NCBI GenBank assembly: GCA_965206645.1 | Contig: CBDBKE010000002.1 | Coordinates: 704,001-768,000, forward strand | Length of the DNA stretch: 64,000 nucleotides | Reading direction: 5' to 3' | Origin: Terriglobia bacterium | Lineage (GTDB): Bacteria > Acidobacteriota > Terriglobia > JAJPHL01 > JAPKYU01 | In this document: positions 42,692 to 54,215 of the stretch, one piece after another | How positions within the stretch are numbered: the stretch's first letter is position 1 | Layout of the letters: each line of letters starts with the position of its first letter | Position numbers and translations under genes: made by a program | The notes under the pieces: generated by a model | The model's input: the letters and a program-made list of their open reading frames with translations, nothing else | Told to the model about the DNA's origin: nothing | Databases searched by the model: none

Positions 42692-42838
42692 TTATTCGTA
42701 GCCAAAGACGGGATACTTGCGGGTGGAGGTCGGCTGCTGCGCCGGAGGCGTCTCGCTCTGCGCCGGACGCTGTTCGTCGGGTAGGACCGTTGGTCCTTCC
42801 CCTGGCGTCGGAACCGACTGTGGCACCTGCTCCTTCAT
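42692..42838 (-). CDS. Small 48-aa Pro/Gln/Glu-rich peptide ending KYPVFGYE
   Basis: RBS GAGG upstream of ATG; own terminator downstream; below the ORF-track size cut-off. Confidence 0.6.
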   Translation of the reverse strand: MKEQVPQSVPTPGEGPTVLPDEQRPAQSETPPAQQPTSTRKYPVFGYE

Positions 42839-42912
42839 CTCTTCCTCTGAGCCCCAGAGTACTCGCGGGCACCAGTCTCTACAAGATGTTTTTATTACGC
42901 TGATAATTCGGG

Positions 42913-43239
42913 TTATTGCTGGGGCGCGGAGGGCGGAAGCTCACGCAAGAGTTGTTCGATGTCCTTGATGACCTGCAGGTCGCTCTTCTCGGTGGCGACT
43001 TTCTTACCTTGGATCAAAACCGGACGGGCTTTCTCCGACTGGCCAAGGCGCATCAGGCAGCGGGCCAGTTCGCGGTAGGCCACGGAATAGCTGGGCTGCG
43101 TCTGGATGGTCTGTTCGAACGCCGCTATCGCTTCGGCGTACTGTTCCCCGCGCAGATACTCCATCCCCAGCCCGTAGCGCAACATGTGGTCGTTCGGATC
43201 CTCCTTGAGCAGTTCCAGCAGTTCTTCTACGCTTGGCAT
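42913..43239 (-). CDS. Small TPR protein
   Basis: DPNDHMLRYGLGMEY...YSVAYRELA helical repeats. Confidence 0.75.
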   Translation of the reverse strand: MPSVEELLELLKEDPNDHMLRYGLGMEYLRGEQYAEAIAAFEQTIQTQPSYSVAYRELARCLMRLGQSEKARPVLIQGKKVATEKSDLQVIKDIEQLLRELPPSAPQQ

Positions 43240-43261
43240 GAGACCGATGCGGACTGGCAAC

Positions 43262-43645
43262 TCACGGAACTCTCTCGGTCCCGTTCAGGGCCTCGCGCAC
43301 ACGGCCCACCACGGCCTCCGCCATGTTTGCGTAACCCTCCAGCGATTCGCTGACCAGAATTTCCACCTGCGGGAAGCGGGTGCGCTGTTCAGCGATCAGC
43401 CGCGGCAGGTCTCGCCGCAGGTGCAGCCCCACGGTCAGGAAGTAGGGCATCACCACCAGTCGCGAAGCACCGCGACGGACAGCCTCCGCCACGGCCACGC
43501 CCAGGTCTGGCTGCGCAGAGTCGAGGAAAGCCGGCAAGACGACTCCGCCCGGCATGCTTTCCTCCACCCGACGCGCCAGCGCGGCGATCCCCTGATTGGC
43601 TTCGGGCACTGGTGAACCGTGAGCAAACAGAATCACCGTGGTCAC
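43262..43645 (-). CDS. CbiX/SirB-type sirohydrochlorin chelatase (short form)
   Basis: AHGS, AFLD and PYFL..G.H..RDLP motifs. Confidence 0.85.
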   Translation of the reverse strand: MTTVILFAHGSPVPEANQGIAALARRVEESMPGGVVLPAFLDSAQPDLGVAVAEAVRRGASRLVVMPYFLTVGLHLRRDLPRLIAEQRTRFPQVEILVSESLEGYANMAEAVVGRVREALNGTERVP

Positions 43646-44100
43646 GGGAGTTCCGTCCCGGGAGGTACCGAGTGGATGTAGGAGCGCATCAGGTCTGCTT
43701 CTTCAGAACGGTCGGCGATTTCCAACTGGAGCAGGTCGCGCAGTGAGACCATGCCCACCAGCCGCCCGGCTGAGACCACCGGCAGGTGGCGGCAGTTGGC
43801 CTGCTTCATGGTGCGAAGGCAGGTTTCGACCGAAATGCCTTTGTCCACCACGACCGGGTTGGGTGTCATGACCTTGGCGACCGGGGTAGCGTCCGGTTCC
43901 AACCCGGGGACCATCACTCGCATCATCAGGTCCCGTTCGGTGAAGACCCCGGCCAGCCGCTCGCTGCCGCCGGGCAGAGCCTCCAGCACTGCCACGCCGC
44001 CAACGTTGCGCTGCGCCATGTAGCGGGCGACGTCCAGAACCGACTGCTCGGTGCGCACGAAATACAGTTCGCGCTCAAGGAATTCCCCGATGCTGCCCAT
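43642..44100 (-). CDS. CBS-domain protein
   Basis: GVFTERDL, VMT, RHLPV and GMVSLRDL motifs. Confidence 0.88.
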   Translation of the reverse strand: MGSIGEFLERELYFVRTEQSVLDVARYMAQRNVGGVAVLEALPGGSERLAGVFTERDLMMRVMVPGLEPDATPVAKVMTPNPVVVDKGISVETCLRTMKQANCRHLPVVSAGRLVGMVSLRDLLQLEIADRSEEADLMRSYIHSVPPGTELP

Positions 44101-44399
44101 GAGAAAACGCCCCCGGATTCTGCCTCAGCGGTAGCTTAACACAAAAAGTCTGCGCTCTGGTGAGTGGAGACCTGTTTGCCTGGTCTGGTCTAACTCTTGC
44201 CGTTTCAGAGAATTGCTGCAGCCTGAGAAACTATTAGAGGCGAAAGTTGAAATTGAAATAGCGGTCCATGTCGTTGGCGGAATCAGAATTCTACGTTGGT
44301 TTAAGGAGCGCCGCAAGCCGGGCAATACCTCCTTTTTGGCTTAGGGCTGCGCTCCCAGAAAAAGGGAACGACGGCTGGTCGGATACTGCTTGTGTTGTT

Positions 44400-45083
44400 T
44401 CATTGAGAAAAGGCCTCGGATGAAGCAGGCTTCGAAACTCTGGTTGATCCAGGGGGCACGGGCTCGGTCCCCGCTGCCAGTTTTGACTCAAGCTTTGCGT
44501 TATGGGCTTCGAGTTCGCCGATTCGGTCGTGAAGTCGCTGGATGATCGGCTGCATCTCCTCGACAGTGAACCGTTGCTGAATGTGCTGCGTACAGTTGAC
44601 ATCCCAGGCCTTCAGGTGGAAGACGAGGACCCTCTGCGGCCGCGCCTGGTAGTCGCGGTCGATGACCCGGTCAAGGAGCGCGGGGTCATTCTCGATGAAC
44701 TCTGCGGTTCCCCAGATTTTGATACGACTCTGATGTGGATAGTCCATTAAGAAGATAAATGCCTTGTCGTTCTCCGCCAGATTGCCAAGTGAGATGTACT
44801 GGGAGTTGCCTGCGTAGTCGGCCATCGCCAGGGTCTTCTCGTCGAGGACCTTAAGGAAGCCCTTCGGACCTCCTCGGTGCTGGATATAGGGCTGGCCTTC
44901 GGCGCTGGCAGTCCCAAAATAGAAAGACTCGCGCTCCGCGATGAACTCCTCCAGCTCCGGAGTGATAACATCGAGCCAACCCCCCCGTTGCTCCATCTTG
45001 GCGTAGGCGACTCGGGAACCGCGTGCCTTCTGGGCGGCCTTTACGGTTGGAGTAAAGGCAATGTCGCTAATTGGCCGGGCCAT
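44400..45083 (-). CDS. Pyridoxamine 5'-phosphate oxidase-like FMN-binding protein
   Basis: PYIQHRGGPKGF, GN.QYIS.GN and WDVNC.QHI motifs. Confidence 0.85.
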   Translation of the reverse strand: MARPISDIAFTPTVKAAQKARGSRVAYAKMEQRGGWLDVITPELEEFIAERESFYFGTASAEGQPYIQHRGGPKGFLKVLDEKTLAMADYAGNSQYISLGNLAENDKAFIFLMDYPHQSRIKIWGTAEFIENDPALLDRVIDRDYQARPQRVLVFHLKAWDVNCTQHIQQRFTVEEMQPIIQRLHDRIGELEAHNAKLESKLAAGTEPVPPGSTRVSKPASSEAFSQ

Positions 45084-45147
45084 GTTTCGTCTCCCTGTGA
45101 CGGGCCGCCGATTTCGATGCCGGCGGCCCGTGAGAGTCGCAGTTTTT

Positions 45148-46065
45148 TCATGCGGCGGAGGCGTGCTCGTTTTGGCGCACAACATTCTTCTCGAGGAAAT
45201 TGCGCATCAGGTTGGCAATCACTTCTCCGTCTTCCTCCAGTGCGAAATGCCCAGTGTCGAGCAGGTGGAAGTCGACATTGTCCAGATCGCGCTTGTATGG
45301 TTCGGCGCCTTCGGCGGGGAAGATGTAGTCGTTCTTGCCCCAGGCGATCAGCGTCGGCGGCTGGTGTTGACGGAGGTAGGCCTGCCACTCGGGATAGAGC
45401 GGCGGATTCGTTCCGTAGCTGTAGAAGAGCTCGATCTGGATGTCTTTGTTTCCGGGACGGTCGAGCAAGAACTGGTCGTTGAACCAATTGTCAGGTGCGA
45501 TCGTCTCGACGTTGCGAACGCCGGTGGTGTATTGCCATTTCGTCGCCTCGATCGTCAGCAGAGTGTCCCGAAGCACCTGGGCGTTCTCCGCTGTCTTTTC
45601 TTTCCAGAAGGCCTTAATCGGGTTCCAGAAGTCAAGAAGGCCTTCATCGTAAGCGTTGCCGTTCTGGACGATTAGGGATTGCACGCGTTCCGGACGACTG
45701 GCCGCGACGCGGTAACCGACTGGCGCACCATAGTCCATCAGATAGAGGCTGTAGCTGGTGAGCCTAAGCTTGTCGATGAACTTCTCGATGACCCGTGCCA
45801 GGTTGTCGAACGAATACTCGAACTCATCGAGACTGGGCATGGAGCTGGCCCCATAGCCGGGATAGTCCGGAGCAACGAGGTGGAAGCGATCCGACAACCT
45901 GGGAATCAGGTTGCGGAACATGTGCGAGGAGGTCGGGAAGCCATGCAGTAGTAAAATCGTTGGAGCATCTGATGGACCGGATTCCCTAAAGAAGATCTCC
46001 AACCCGTCGATCTCCACGGATCGGTGCATCGTTTGGCGTTGTGTTGGATTCATTGATTGGGCCAT
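45148..46065 (-). CDS. Alpha/beta hydrolase (epoxide hydrolase/dehalogenase-like)
   Basis: HGFP, DYGA nucleophile motif and GHF; RBS AAGGAGA. Confidence 0.88.
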   Translation of the reverse strand: MAQSMNPTQRQTMHRSVEIDGLEIFFRESGPSDAPTILLLHGFPTSSHMFRNLIPRLSDRFHLVAPDYPGYGASSMPSLDEFEYSFDNLARVIEKFIDKLRLTSYSLYLMDYGAPVGYRVAASRPERVQSLIVQNGNAYDEGLLDFWNPIKAFWKEKTAENAQVLRDTLLTIEATKWQYTTGVRNVETIAPDNWFNDQFLLDRPGNKDIQIELFYSYGTNPPLYPEWQAYLRQHQPPTLIAWGKNDYIFPAEGAEPYKRDLDNVDFHLLDTGHFALEEDGEVIANLMRNFLEKNVVRQNEHASAA

Positions 46066-46120
46066 CTGTCTATCTCCTTTGAATTCCCTTTGCAGGGTTT
46101 GACTCATCAACATCAGAAGA

Positions 46121-46137
46121 AGCACGGAGCGTTCCAA
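46121..46137 (-). promoter_or_regulatory. sigma54 (-24/-12) promoter for the hydrolase operon
   Basis: TTGGAACGCTCCGTGCT, matching GG-N10-GC. Confidence 0.7.
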
Positions 46138-46205
46138 AGGTATTCTTGTCCTATATATGACTGATTACATTATATTTGCGTGCATTTCTACGGCCACTCG
46201 CCTTC

Positions 46206-46259
46206 AACGACTTGTCGTTAAAATAACGACTTACCGTTAACAGATAACGAAATCTCGTA
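46206..46259. promoter_or_regulatory. Three palindromic enhancer (UAS) sites for the sigma54 activator
   Basis: AACGACTTGTCGTT, AACGACTTACCGTT and AACGAAATCTCGTA, spaced about 20 bp apart. Confidence 0.65.
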
Positions 46260-46280
46260 TCTACTGGCTTACAAACCGCC

Positions 46281-47948
46281 ATGGGGAACGACATAGTCCG
46301 GAGCCGTGGGTCGCAGGTCGAACCTGAGTCTCTCGATCTAGAGTTGCTTCAGTCCGTGTCGGTGGCGGTCGCAGAGGCTCGTGGCGTGGAGACCGTCCTG
46401 CAGAAGATCGTGACGGGACTAACTGACGAGGCGTCGTGTACGTTGGCCCGCATCTAGCTGACCGCGCCTGGTGACATTTGCGAACGGTGCCCGCTGCGGG
46501 CTGAGTGTCCGGATCAAGAGCGTTGCCTGCACCTGAAAGCCAGTATGGGGAAGCCAACGAATCCTTTGAGCGGCCATAGGTGGTACCGAATGGATGGTGA
46601 CTTTCAACGGTTTCCATTAGGTGTCCGGATCGTCGGACGTGTCGGTGCGAGCGGACAATCGGAATACCTGTTAAACACTGCCGACGACGAGAAGTGGATC
46701 GCACGCGATGACTGGCTGCATCGAGAGGGCATTCGAACGTTCGTCGGCCACCCACTCACATTCCGCGGGGAGATTCTCGGTGTATTGGGAGTATTCACGC
46801 GGGAACGGCTGAGTCCCGAAAAGGTGTCCTGGCTGCGCCTGTTCGCGGACCATGCAGCCGTAGCGATCACCAACGCCCGCGCGTTTGAGCAGATCCAGCA
46901 GCTCCGTCGCCGGCTAGAATCGGAAAACGAATATCTTCGGGAAGAGGTTAAGGTTGCACAAGGCTTCGGCGACATGGTTGGCCAAAGCTCAGCGTTGCGG
47001 GATGTGTTGGCCCAGGTTGGCCTTGTGGGACCCGCCGATACGACCGTGCTGATCTGTGGCGAGTCAGGCACTGGGAAGGAACTCATCGCGCGCGCGATTC
47101 ACGAGCGTAGCCGCAGGAGGGCCCGTGCGATGGTCAAGGTGAATTGCGGTTCGGTGCCGCGGGAGCTGTTCGAAAGCGAGTTCTTCGGCCACGTCAAGGG
47201 CGCGTTCACCGGGGCAAGCAGGGACCGTGTCGGCCGCTTTCAGCTTGCCGACGGAGGAACACTTTTTCTGGATGAAGTCAGCGAGATCCCGGTGGATCTG
47301 CAGAGCAAGCTCCTGCGCGTGTTACAAGAGGGGACGTTCGAGCGGGTCGGGGATGAGCGCACGCGAACGGTTGACGTAAGAGTCATTGCGGCGACCAACC
47401 GAAATCTGAAACACGAGGTTGAAGCGGGGCGGTTTCGGGAGGATCTTTATTACCGGCTCAGCGTGTTCCCCGTCAACGTCGCTCCGCTCCGTGAGCGGCT
47501 GGACGATGTTCCAATGCTGGCCGAGCACTTCCTCGAGCAGGCCAGTCGGCGGTTGGGCGTTCCGACACAGAGGCTCAAGCGCCGGCACGTCGAAACTCTT
47601 CAGCGCCACGAGTGGCCGGGCAATATCCGCGAGCTGCAGAATATGGTTGAGAGGGCAGTCATTGGGGCGCAATCGGGCCCCCTGGAATTTGACTTATCCG
47701 GCGCCGTGAGCGACAAGAACCGCGGCTCTGTTGAGGCGATTGAGTCAAAGAAAGGTCCCAAAGAGGTTCTGAACTACAAACAACTCAAGCGCGATGAGCG
47801 GGACAACCTGCTTGCAGCGCTGGAGGCAGCCCATTGGAGAATCTCAGGCCCAACCGGAGCCGCCAGACTACTCGGACTCAAGCCCACCACTCTGGCCTCC
47901 AAGATCAAGTCTCTAGGCTTGCGCAAAGGGCAAAAGGGGATGCGGTGA
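46281..47948 (+). pseudogene. GAF-domain sigma54-dependent activator (FhlA-like) with an in-frame TAG at 46455-46457
   Basis: GESGTGKE, GAFTGA, WPGNIREL and HTH; N-terminus reads ARI*L..PGDIC. Confidence 0.85.
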
Positions 47949-48415
47949 AAGGGAAGCCTAAAACGATGCCAGCCGACCCGGCCTTCGATCAACGGGCATT
48001 CGATCAACGAATGATGCGGCGTTGTATCGATCTGGCCATCCTGGCAACTAAGGCTGGCAACACACCGGTCGGCTGTGTGATCACGCTGGAGGGACAGATC
48101 GTGGCGGAGGCGGAGGAGCGCTCACCAGCCGGTAACGACCCTTTTGCACATGCTGAGATTCTTGCAGTCGTGGCAGCTCTGCGGGCTGCTGGCCGAACGA
48201 AGTTGTCACAGGCGACACTTTACACAACCAACGAACCTTGCTTCCTCTGCTCTTATGCGATTCGTGAGGCTCAGATCAGCCGCGTCGTTTTCTCGGTGGA
48301 GAGTCCGGGTGTTGGCGGTGCCACATCTAATTACCCCATTCTGAAGGCGCGGGACATCGACCGCTGGAGGACGCTGCCGCAAATTGAGAAGGGGCTCCTG
48401 GCTACCGAGTATTAG
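47945..48415 (+). CDS. Nucleoside deaminase (TadA-like)
   Basis: HAE and EPCxxC zinc motifs; start uncertain. Confidence 0.8.
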   Translation: MKGKPKTMPADPAFDQRAFDQRMMRRCIDLAILATKAGNTPVGCVITLEGQIVAEAEERSPAGNDPFAHAEILAVVAALRAAGRTKLSQATLYTTNEPCFLCSYAIREAQISRVVFSVESPGVGGATSNYPILKARDIDRWRTLPQIEKGLLATEY

Positions 48416-48729
48416 AAGCAGCTGGCGAAATAGGGTGCTCCATCTATGAACTCGCCGAAACGAGGTGCGTCCGTGGCCTACTCTGCCGGCTGGCTTCGTC
48501 TCCCAGACAACTGCCTCAGCTTGGCAAGAACCCGCCAGGCTATCTCCGATCAGCCTCCTGGCCGTCGTGGAGGCGGCGGTGCCGGCCAGTCACCAGGCGC
48601 CAACCAGCCCTTTAGCCCGAATGCCTACCTGCTGCGTTTTAAAGAACTTTCTTGCCCGGGTGTTATACTGAAAGCTACCCGGAACCGCCAAGAGGAAATT
48701 CCGTCTCAGAATCGAAGGTTCCCGTAAGG

Positions 48730-50565
48730 ATGACATTGGTAACAACACAGCCGCATGCGCCGGCCAAGCAGCGTGTGCGCAACGAAACCATCCGCAACAT
48801 CGCCATTATCGCGCACGTCGATCACGGCAAGACCACGCTGGTGGACGCCATGCTCCGGCAGAGCGGCATCTTCCGCGAGAACGAAGCGGTGGCGGATCGC
48901 GTCATGGATTCCAATGAACTGGAGCGGGAGCGTGGCATTACCATCCTGGCCAAAACCACTGGCGTCCATTACCGGGGCGTAAAGATCAACATCGTGGACA
49001 CGCCGGGCCACAGTGACTTCGGCGGGGAGGTAGAGCGCGCGCTGAAGATCGCCGACGGCGTCATGCTGTTGGTGGACGCGAGCGAGGGGCCGCTGCCGCA
49101 AACACGCTACGTGCTGATGAAGGCGCTGGAGGCCAACCTGCCGCCCATCGTGGTCATCAACAAGATCGACCGGCCCGATGCGCGCATCCCGGAAGTCCTC
49201 GACGGGATCTACGACCTGTTCATTGACCTGGACGCCACCCAAGACCAGCTCGATTTCCCGGTGATCTACACCAACGCGCGCACGGGCATCGCCCATAAGG
49301 CGCTGGACGACGGATCGGAAAATCTGCGGCCGCTGTTCGACGCTATCTTGAGCGACATTCCCAGCCCGGCTGGCGATCCCGAGAGCATCCTCCAGGTGCT
49401 GGTTGCCAACCTGGACTACAGCGACTATCTGGGGCGGCTGGCTATCAGCCGCGTGTTTGAGGGAACCCTGCGGCTGGGCGACATGGTCGGCATCGTGAAG
49501 CTGGACGGCTCGCTGCAAAAAACGAAGATCACCAAGCTCTATTCTTTCGTGGGCCTGAAGCGGGTGGAGGAAACCGAGGCGCGCCCCGGCGACATTCTGG
49601 CCATCGCTGGCGTGGCAGGCATCACCATCGGCGAAACGGTCACCGATTCCGAAGCACCGCGCCCCCTGCCGCACATCCAGATCGACGAGCCGACCATCGC
49701 CATGAACTTCACGGTCAACACGTCGCCGTTTGCCGGCCGCGAGGGTACCTACGTGACCTCTCGTAATCTCCGCGATCGACTGGAGAAGGAACTGCTCGGC
49801 AACGTCTCGATCAAGGTGGAAGAGACCGGCGCAGACTCGTTCCAGGTGATGGGCCGCGGTGAACTGCAGCTTGCCATCCTCATCGAAATGATGCGGCGCG
49901 AAGGATATGAGCTGGCGGTGGGCAAGCCGGAGATTCTCACCAGGGAAATCAACGGCAAGCTCCACGAGCCGTTGGAACTGCTGGAAATCGACTGCCCCGA
50001 AACTTTCCTGGGCGTGGTGATGGAGAAGTTGGGGACCCGCAAGGGAAAGGTCGTAAAGATGGTAAACCACGGCACGGGGCGGGTGCGGATGGAGTTCCAC
50101 GTGCCGTCCCGTGCCCTGATCGGACTGCGCAGCGAAATCCTCACCGGCACCCGGGGCACGGCCATCATGAACTCGCTGTTCCACGGCTACATCGAGTGGC
50201 AGGGCGACATTGCTTCCCGGCCCACCGGGGTGCTTGTGGCCGACCGCGGGGGCAAGGCTACCGGTTATGCCATTTTCAATCTGCAGGAACGCGGAGAAAT
50301 CTTTATCACCCCGGGCATCGAAGTTTATCAAGGCATGATTATCGGGGAAAACTCGCGCGACAAGGACATGGACGTCAACATCGTCAAGGAGAAGAAGCTG
50401 ACCAACATGCGCGCCTCCACCGCCGACGACGCGATCCGCCTGGTTCCGCCGCGCATTCTCAACCTGGAACAAGCCATCGAGTTCATTCGCGAAGACGAAC
50501 TGGTGGAGGTAACTCCGCAGTCGATCCGGCTGCGGAAGAAAGTCTTGAACGCCAGCTTCCGGTGA
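48730..50565 (+). CDS. typA: Translational GTPase TypA/BipA
   Basis: [25 protein letters not shown] and KKLTNMRAS motifs. Confidence 0.96.
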   Translation: MTLVTTQPHAPAKQRVRNETIRNIAIIAHVDHGKTTLVDAMLRQSGIFRENEAVADRVMDSNELERERGITILAKTTGVHYRGVKINIVDTPGHSDFGGEVERALKIADGVMLLVDASEGPLPQTRYVLMKALEANLPPIVVINKIDRPDARIPEVLDGIYDLFIDLDATQDQLDFPVIYTNARTGIAHKALDDGSENLRPLFDAILSDIPSPAGDPESILQVLVANLDYSDYLGRLAISRVFEGTLRLGDMVGIVKLDGSLQKTKITKLYSFVGLKRVEETEARPGDILAIAGVAGITIGETVTDSEAPRPLPHIQIDEPTIAMNFTVNTSPFAGREGTYVTSRNLRDRLEKELLGNVSIKVEETGADSFQVMGRGELQLAILIEMMRREGYELAVGKPEILTREINGKLHEPLELLEIDCPETFLGVVMEKLGTRKGKVVKMVNHGTGRVRMEFHVPSRALIGLRSEILTGTRGTAIMNSLFHGYIEWQGDIASRPTGVLVADRGGKATGYAIFNLQERGEIFITPGIEVYQGMIIGENSRDKDMDVNIVKEKKLTNMRASTADDAIRLVPPRILNLEQAIEFIREDELVEVTPQSIRLRKKVLNASFR

Positions 50566-50572
50566 GTCAATC

Positions 50573-50593
50573 TGGCGGAGAGGGAGGGATTCG
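50573..50593 (-). repeat. 3' end fragment of a tRNA-Ser-like gene (att site)
   Basis: Reverse complement CGAATCCCTCCCTCTCCGCCA; no 5' tRNA part present. Confidence 0.7.
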
Positions 50594-50907
50594 GTCTTTA
50601 CCTGCCGCCTGAAACCATGCACGTTAGGCCAAACGGACTAAAAGTACCAGAAACCCACCCGCCTGCTACATTTCTGCTACACGCGAGTCAGGCGCGAACC
50701 CGGCGAAACACAAGATGTTCCCTCCCCGTGATCCGACACTCAATCACGCAGAATCGCCCGCTGAGCCCCTGTGATAGCTGAGGTGCACTGGGGGAAGCCT
50801 TGCCTGACTGACAATCGGCACTGCAAGCAAGAGTGGAGAGGAAGTCGGGAGTCACATTGTTACCCCAAGTCATCATCTCCCCCCGGAAGCTTGGGGGCAG
50901 TGTGATA

Positions 50908-51075
50908 TTACCTCCTCCTTACAGCATCGGCAGCTCGACTCAGCCCCGTGGTCACATGGCGCATCGCCTCTGTCAATTTCTCTTTAGCGGGTTCCCAGAA
51001 GAGGTGGAGAACACCAGCAAGCACCACTATTGCGACCAGGAGTGCGAAGACTAGCCAGTTTGCACGATCCTTCAC
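50908..51075 (-). CDS. Putative 55-aa single-TM protein
   Basis: MKDRANWLVFALLVAIVVLAGVLHLFWEPAKEKL...RRR. Confidence 0.4.
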   Translation of the reverse strand: MKDRANWLVFALLVAIVVLAGVLHLFWEPAKEKLTEAMRHVTTGLSRAADAVRRR

Positions 51076-51289
51076 CTTGAACCTTCGTTCTGCTCAGATT
51101 GTCAAGGGCGGAGTAAAACTAGACCACTCCGGCGGAGAGAAAGTAGACCAGTTCAGGGGTGGTGGAAGCTTTGATTTGAGAGGGAGTTGCGGGGGCGGTT
51201 GGAGCGGAGGCCTGCGACGCCCGCAGGGCGGCGCGGTTAGGCCGGAGTGGAAGCCGCCCTCGCAACTCGTCGCCCAGTATTGGGTGAGA

Positions 51290-52054
51290 TCAGGCGCGAG
51301 GCTTTCCGGAACGCCTTCGTTTGCTGTCCTTGAGCCGGTAACTTTCCCCGTTCATCTCCAGGATGTGGACATGGTGGGTGAGACGATCCAGCAGGGCTCC
51401 GGTCAGCCGCTCCGATCCGAAGGCCTCCGTCCATTCGTTGAACGGCAGGTTGCTGGTCACCACGGTGGCGCTGCGTTCGTAGCGCCGGCTGAAGACCTCA
51501 AACAGCAACTCCGCCCCAGTCTTGGATAGCGGCACGAAACCCAGCTCGTCAATGATCAACAGCTCGAAACTGGAGAGCATCTTCTGGAACCGCATCAGGC
51601 GCCGCTCGTCCTTGGCCTCGATCAGCTCATGCGCCAGGGAGGCCGCCGTAGTGAACCGGACCCGGAACCCTTTCTGACAGGCGGCCAGTCCCAGCGCCAA
51701 CGCAATGTGGGTTTTTCCCGTGCCCGAGTTCCCTAAAGCCAGGATGTTCTCCTTGCGTTCGATGAACTCGCCTCGGGCCAGCTCGAGCACCAAGGCCTTA
51801 TTCAGCGACGGAAGGGCCAGGAAATCGAAACTGTCGAGGCTCTTCACCACGTCGAACCTGGCTTGGTGAATGCGCCGCTCGGTGGCGCGCCGTTCCCGGT
51901 CCAGCAGCTCCAGCTCCGTCAACCGCAGCAGGTAGCGCGGGAAGTCCACGCCCTCGGCAGCGCACTGCTGCGCCACCTTGTCGTACTCACGCAAAAAGGT
52001 GGGTAATTGCAGGGCCTTCAGATGGTGTTCCAGCAACACCTGGGGCGTGTCCAT
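51290..52054 (-). CDS. istB: IS21 ATP-binding helper protein
   Basis: GNSGTGKT, IIDELG, TSN, LDRL and GESYR motifs. Confidence 0.93.
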   Translation of the reverse strand: MDTPQVLLEHHLKALQLPTFLREYDKVAQQCAAEGVDFPRYLLRLTELELLDRERRATERRIHQARFDVVKSLDSFDFLALPSLNKALVLELARGEFIERKENILALGNSGTGKTHIALALGLAACQKGFRVRFTTAASLAHELIEAKDERRLMRFQKMLSSFELLIIDELGFVPLSKTGAELLFEVFSRRYERSATVVTSNLPFNEWTEAFGSERLTGALLDRLTHHVHILEMNGESYRLKDSKRRRSGKPRA

Positions 52055-53553
52055 CAGCAGACTCCTTCCCGGAGCAGGGTCAGATAGTCGGCGGCGGCTG
52101 TGGTGGCCACCTGCGTCGCCGGCAGGTGCGGATAGTGCTCCAGGTCCAGCCGCGCCGGCCGCTGCTCGATCCGGCCCAGCAGCAGATGCTTGACCGCGTC
52201 AGACCAGATCGCCCCCAGCCGCAAGGCGTCCTCGACGGCCAGCGACACTTCCGTCCAACGGAACGTCTCCAGCCGTCGCAGGACCTGCACATACTCCCGC
52301 TTGCCCTTCTTGCCTAACCGCGCCTCCATCAGCCGCCGCAGTTGCGCGAAGCCTTCCGGCAACTCCCAGCCGGCCAGGGGGGCGGCCTGGTTCAACGCGT
52401 TCGGCTTCTGCTCCAGCAGCGCCAGATAGTGCAACGGATCGAAGATCATCTCTTCCCGTTCCTAGCTCCGGACATGGCGTGCGATCACTTCGCTCGCTGC
52501 ACAGATCACCACTTCCTCGACGAATCCCTTCACCAGCACCTCCCGGTGCCCCCAAGCCACCGGCACCGAATAGTCGTTGGATCGATACCGCACCAGCGAC
52601 AGTGACGTCACCCGTGTGGTCCGTTTGTCGCAGGCCTCATAGGGCGTCGCCGGCAGGGGCAGCAGCCTCTGTTGATCCTTCGCGAACCGCTCGCCGATCG
52701 TCTCTTGATGTCCTCGCAGACGCCGCTCTCGCCGCCGGGTGCACTGTTCCCGCAGCTTCGCGTGCAACTCCTCCCAGCTGGCACACCGCGGCACCGGCAC
52801 CAGGAAGTTCCGCCGCACGTAACCCACTAGTCCTTCCACTTTCCCTTTGTCATTGCCCTTGCCCGGTCGTCCGAACTTCTCCGCAAACAGGTAGTGACTC
52901 TGCAGTTCGGAGAACGCCCGCGTCTTGTTCCGTGTTCCGTCACCCAGGATCTGCCTCACCGCCAGCTTGGTGTTGTCGTACAGGATCGTGCGAGGCACTC
53001 CGCCGAAGTAGCCGAACGCCTGGTTGTGCCCTTCTAAGAACGCTTCGGTCGTCTCAGCCGGAAACGCCATCACGAAGCAGTCGTCCGATTGCGGCAGCTC
53101 CATCACGAAATAGTGCGCCTTGCGCTCCACCCCGCCGATCACCACTTGCGCTTCGCCAAAGTCGGCCTGGGCCTCCCCCGGTGGATGCTCCAGCGGCACG
53201 AACATCTCCCGCTGGCTCAGCTTCCGCAGCCGCACGTAGTCCTTCACGATGGTGTAGCCGCCCGGGAATCCGTGCTCCTCCCGCAGCCGCTCAAAAACCC
53301 GCTTGGCCGTGTGGCGTTGCTTCTTGCTCTGGGCCTTATCTTGCTCCAGGATCTGGTCGATGATCCCCACCCAGGCATCCAGCTTCGGCCGCCGCGCCGG
53401 CTGCTGCCGCCGATAGCCCGGAGGGATCGAGTACCGCAGCATCTTGCGGACCGTCTCGCGGGCTAGCCCGAACTGCCGCGCCGCCTCCCGTTCACTGATC
53501 CCCTCAGCCTGAACTGCTCGTCGAACACGCGCATAGAGTTCCACTGTGTGCAC
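52054..53553 (-). pseudogene. istA: IS21 transposase with an in-frame TAG at 52462-52464
   Basis: QADFG, YDN and KGKVE motifs; the frame continues HVRS*EREEMIFDPLHY. Confidence 0.88.
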
Positions 53554-53686
53554 ACCTCCGGTGTTTCACGAAACACATCAGAATCACAATGTTTGATGGA
53601 ATCGAACTGCGCTGGTCTAATTTTGCACCGCCAGAAACCGCCGCTTACGCGGCGCTCCCTGGTCTATTATTGCTCCGGCGTTCATA

Positions 53687-54215
53687 TCCCCACCAGGACC
53701 CCGGCGAACAGTCCCGTAAAGCGGGCCACGCGAGCGTTATTGGTAGCCAGCAGGACAACGAACATGAGGAAGAACGAGATCACCAGCTCAGCCAGGAACG
53801 CGATGCCGCGCCCGTGCGTGCCGGGAACCGTGGCGACGTAGCGAACCGAGGGATGGCCGATTGCACTTTTTAGCACCAAAGCCACGAGCAAGATTCCAGC
53901 CAGCGCGCCGGCGAACTGAGCCACGACATAGAAATATGCGTCCCAGGGCTTGATTTTTCCGAGCCGGAAGAAGGTCAGCGTGATCGCGGGATTAATGTGT
54001 GCCCCGGACTGCTTGCCCCACGGCGAATAAATAATAGCCACGGCAGTCAGGCCCATCGCCAGGCCCATCAGGGAGCGGCGAAGCCAAGGGTTGGCGATGG
54101 CCTGACGGGCGGGCGAACCCGGGCACTCAAAAAATGTGGCAAAGACACCCGCCGAGATCATGAACAAGCTGAGCCCGGCAGCCTCCATGAGATATTCGGG
54201 CCAGTGGTGTCTTAA
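53687..54215 (-). pseudogene. Aquaporin (MIP family) fragment, cut by IS1380 at the 5' end and IS21 at the 3' end
   Basis: HWPEYLMEA and SGAHINPA; second NPA motif missing. Confidence 0.85.

Larger units (their letters stand above)
51100..53686 (-). mobile_element. IS21-family insertion sequence (istA disrupted)
   Basis: Ends TGTCAAGGGCGGAGTAAAACTAGACCA and TATGAACGCCGGAGCAATAATAGACCA with internal repeats; istA-istB gene pair. Confidence 0.9.

Noticed and set aside
48706-50622. 638-aa antisense ORF over typA (and similar long shadow ORFs over copA and the kinase)
   Set aside because: Expected by-product of GC-rich codon bias; no recognisable motifs
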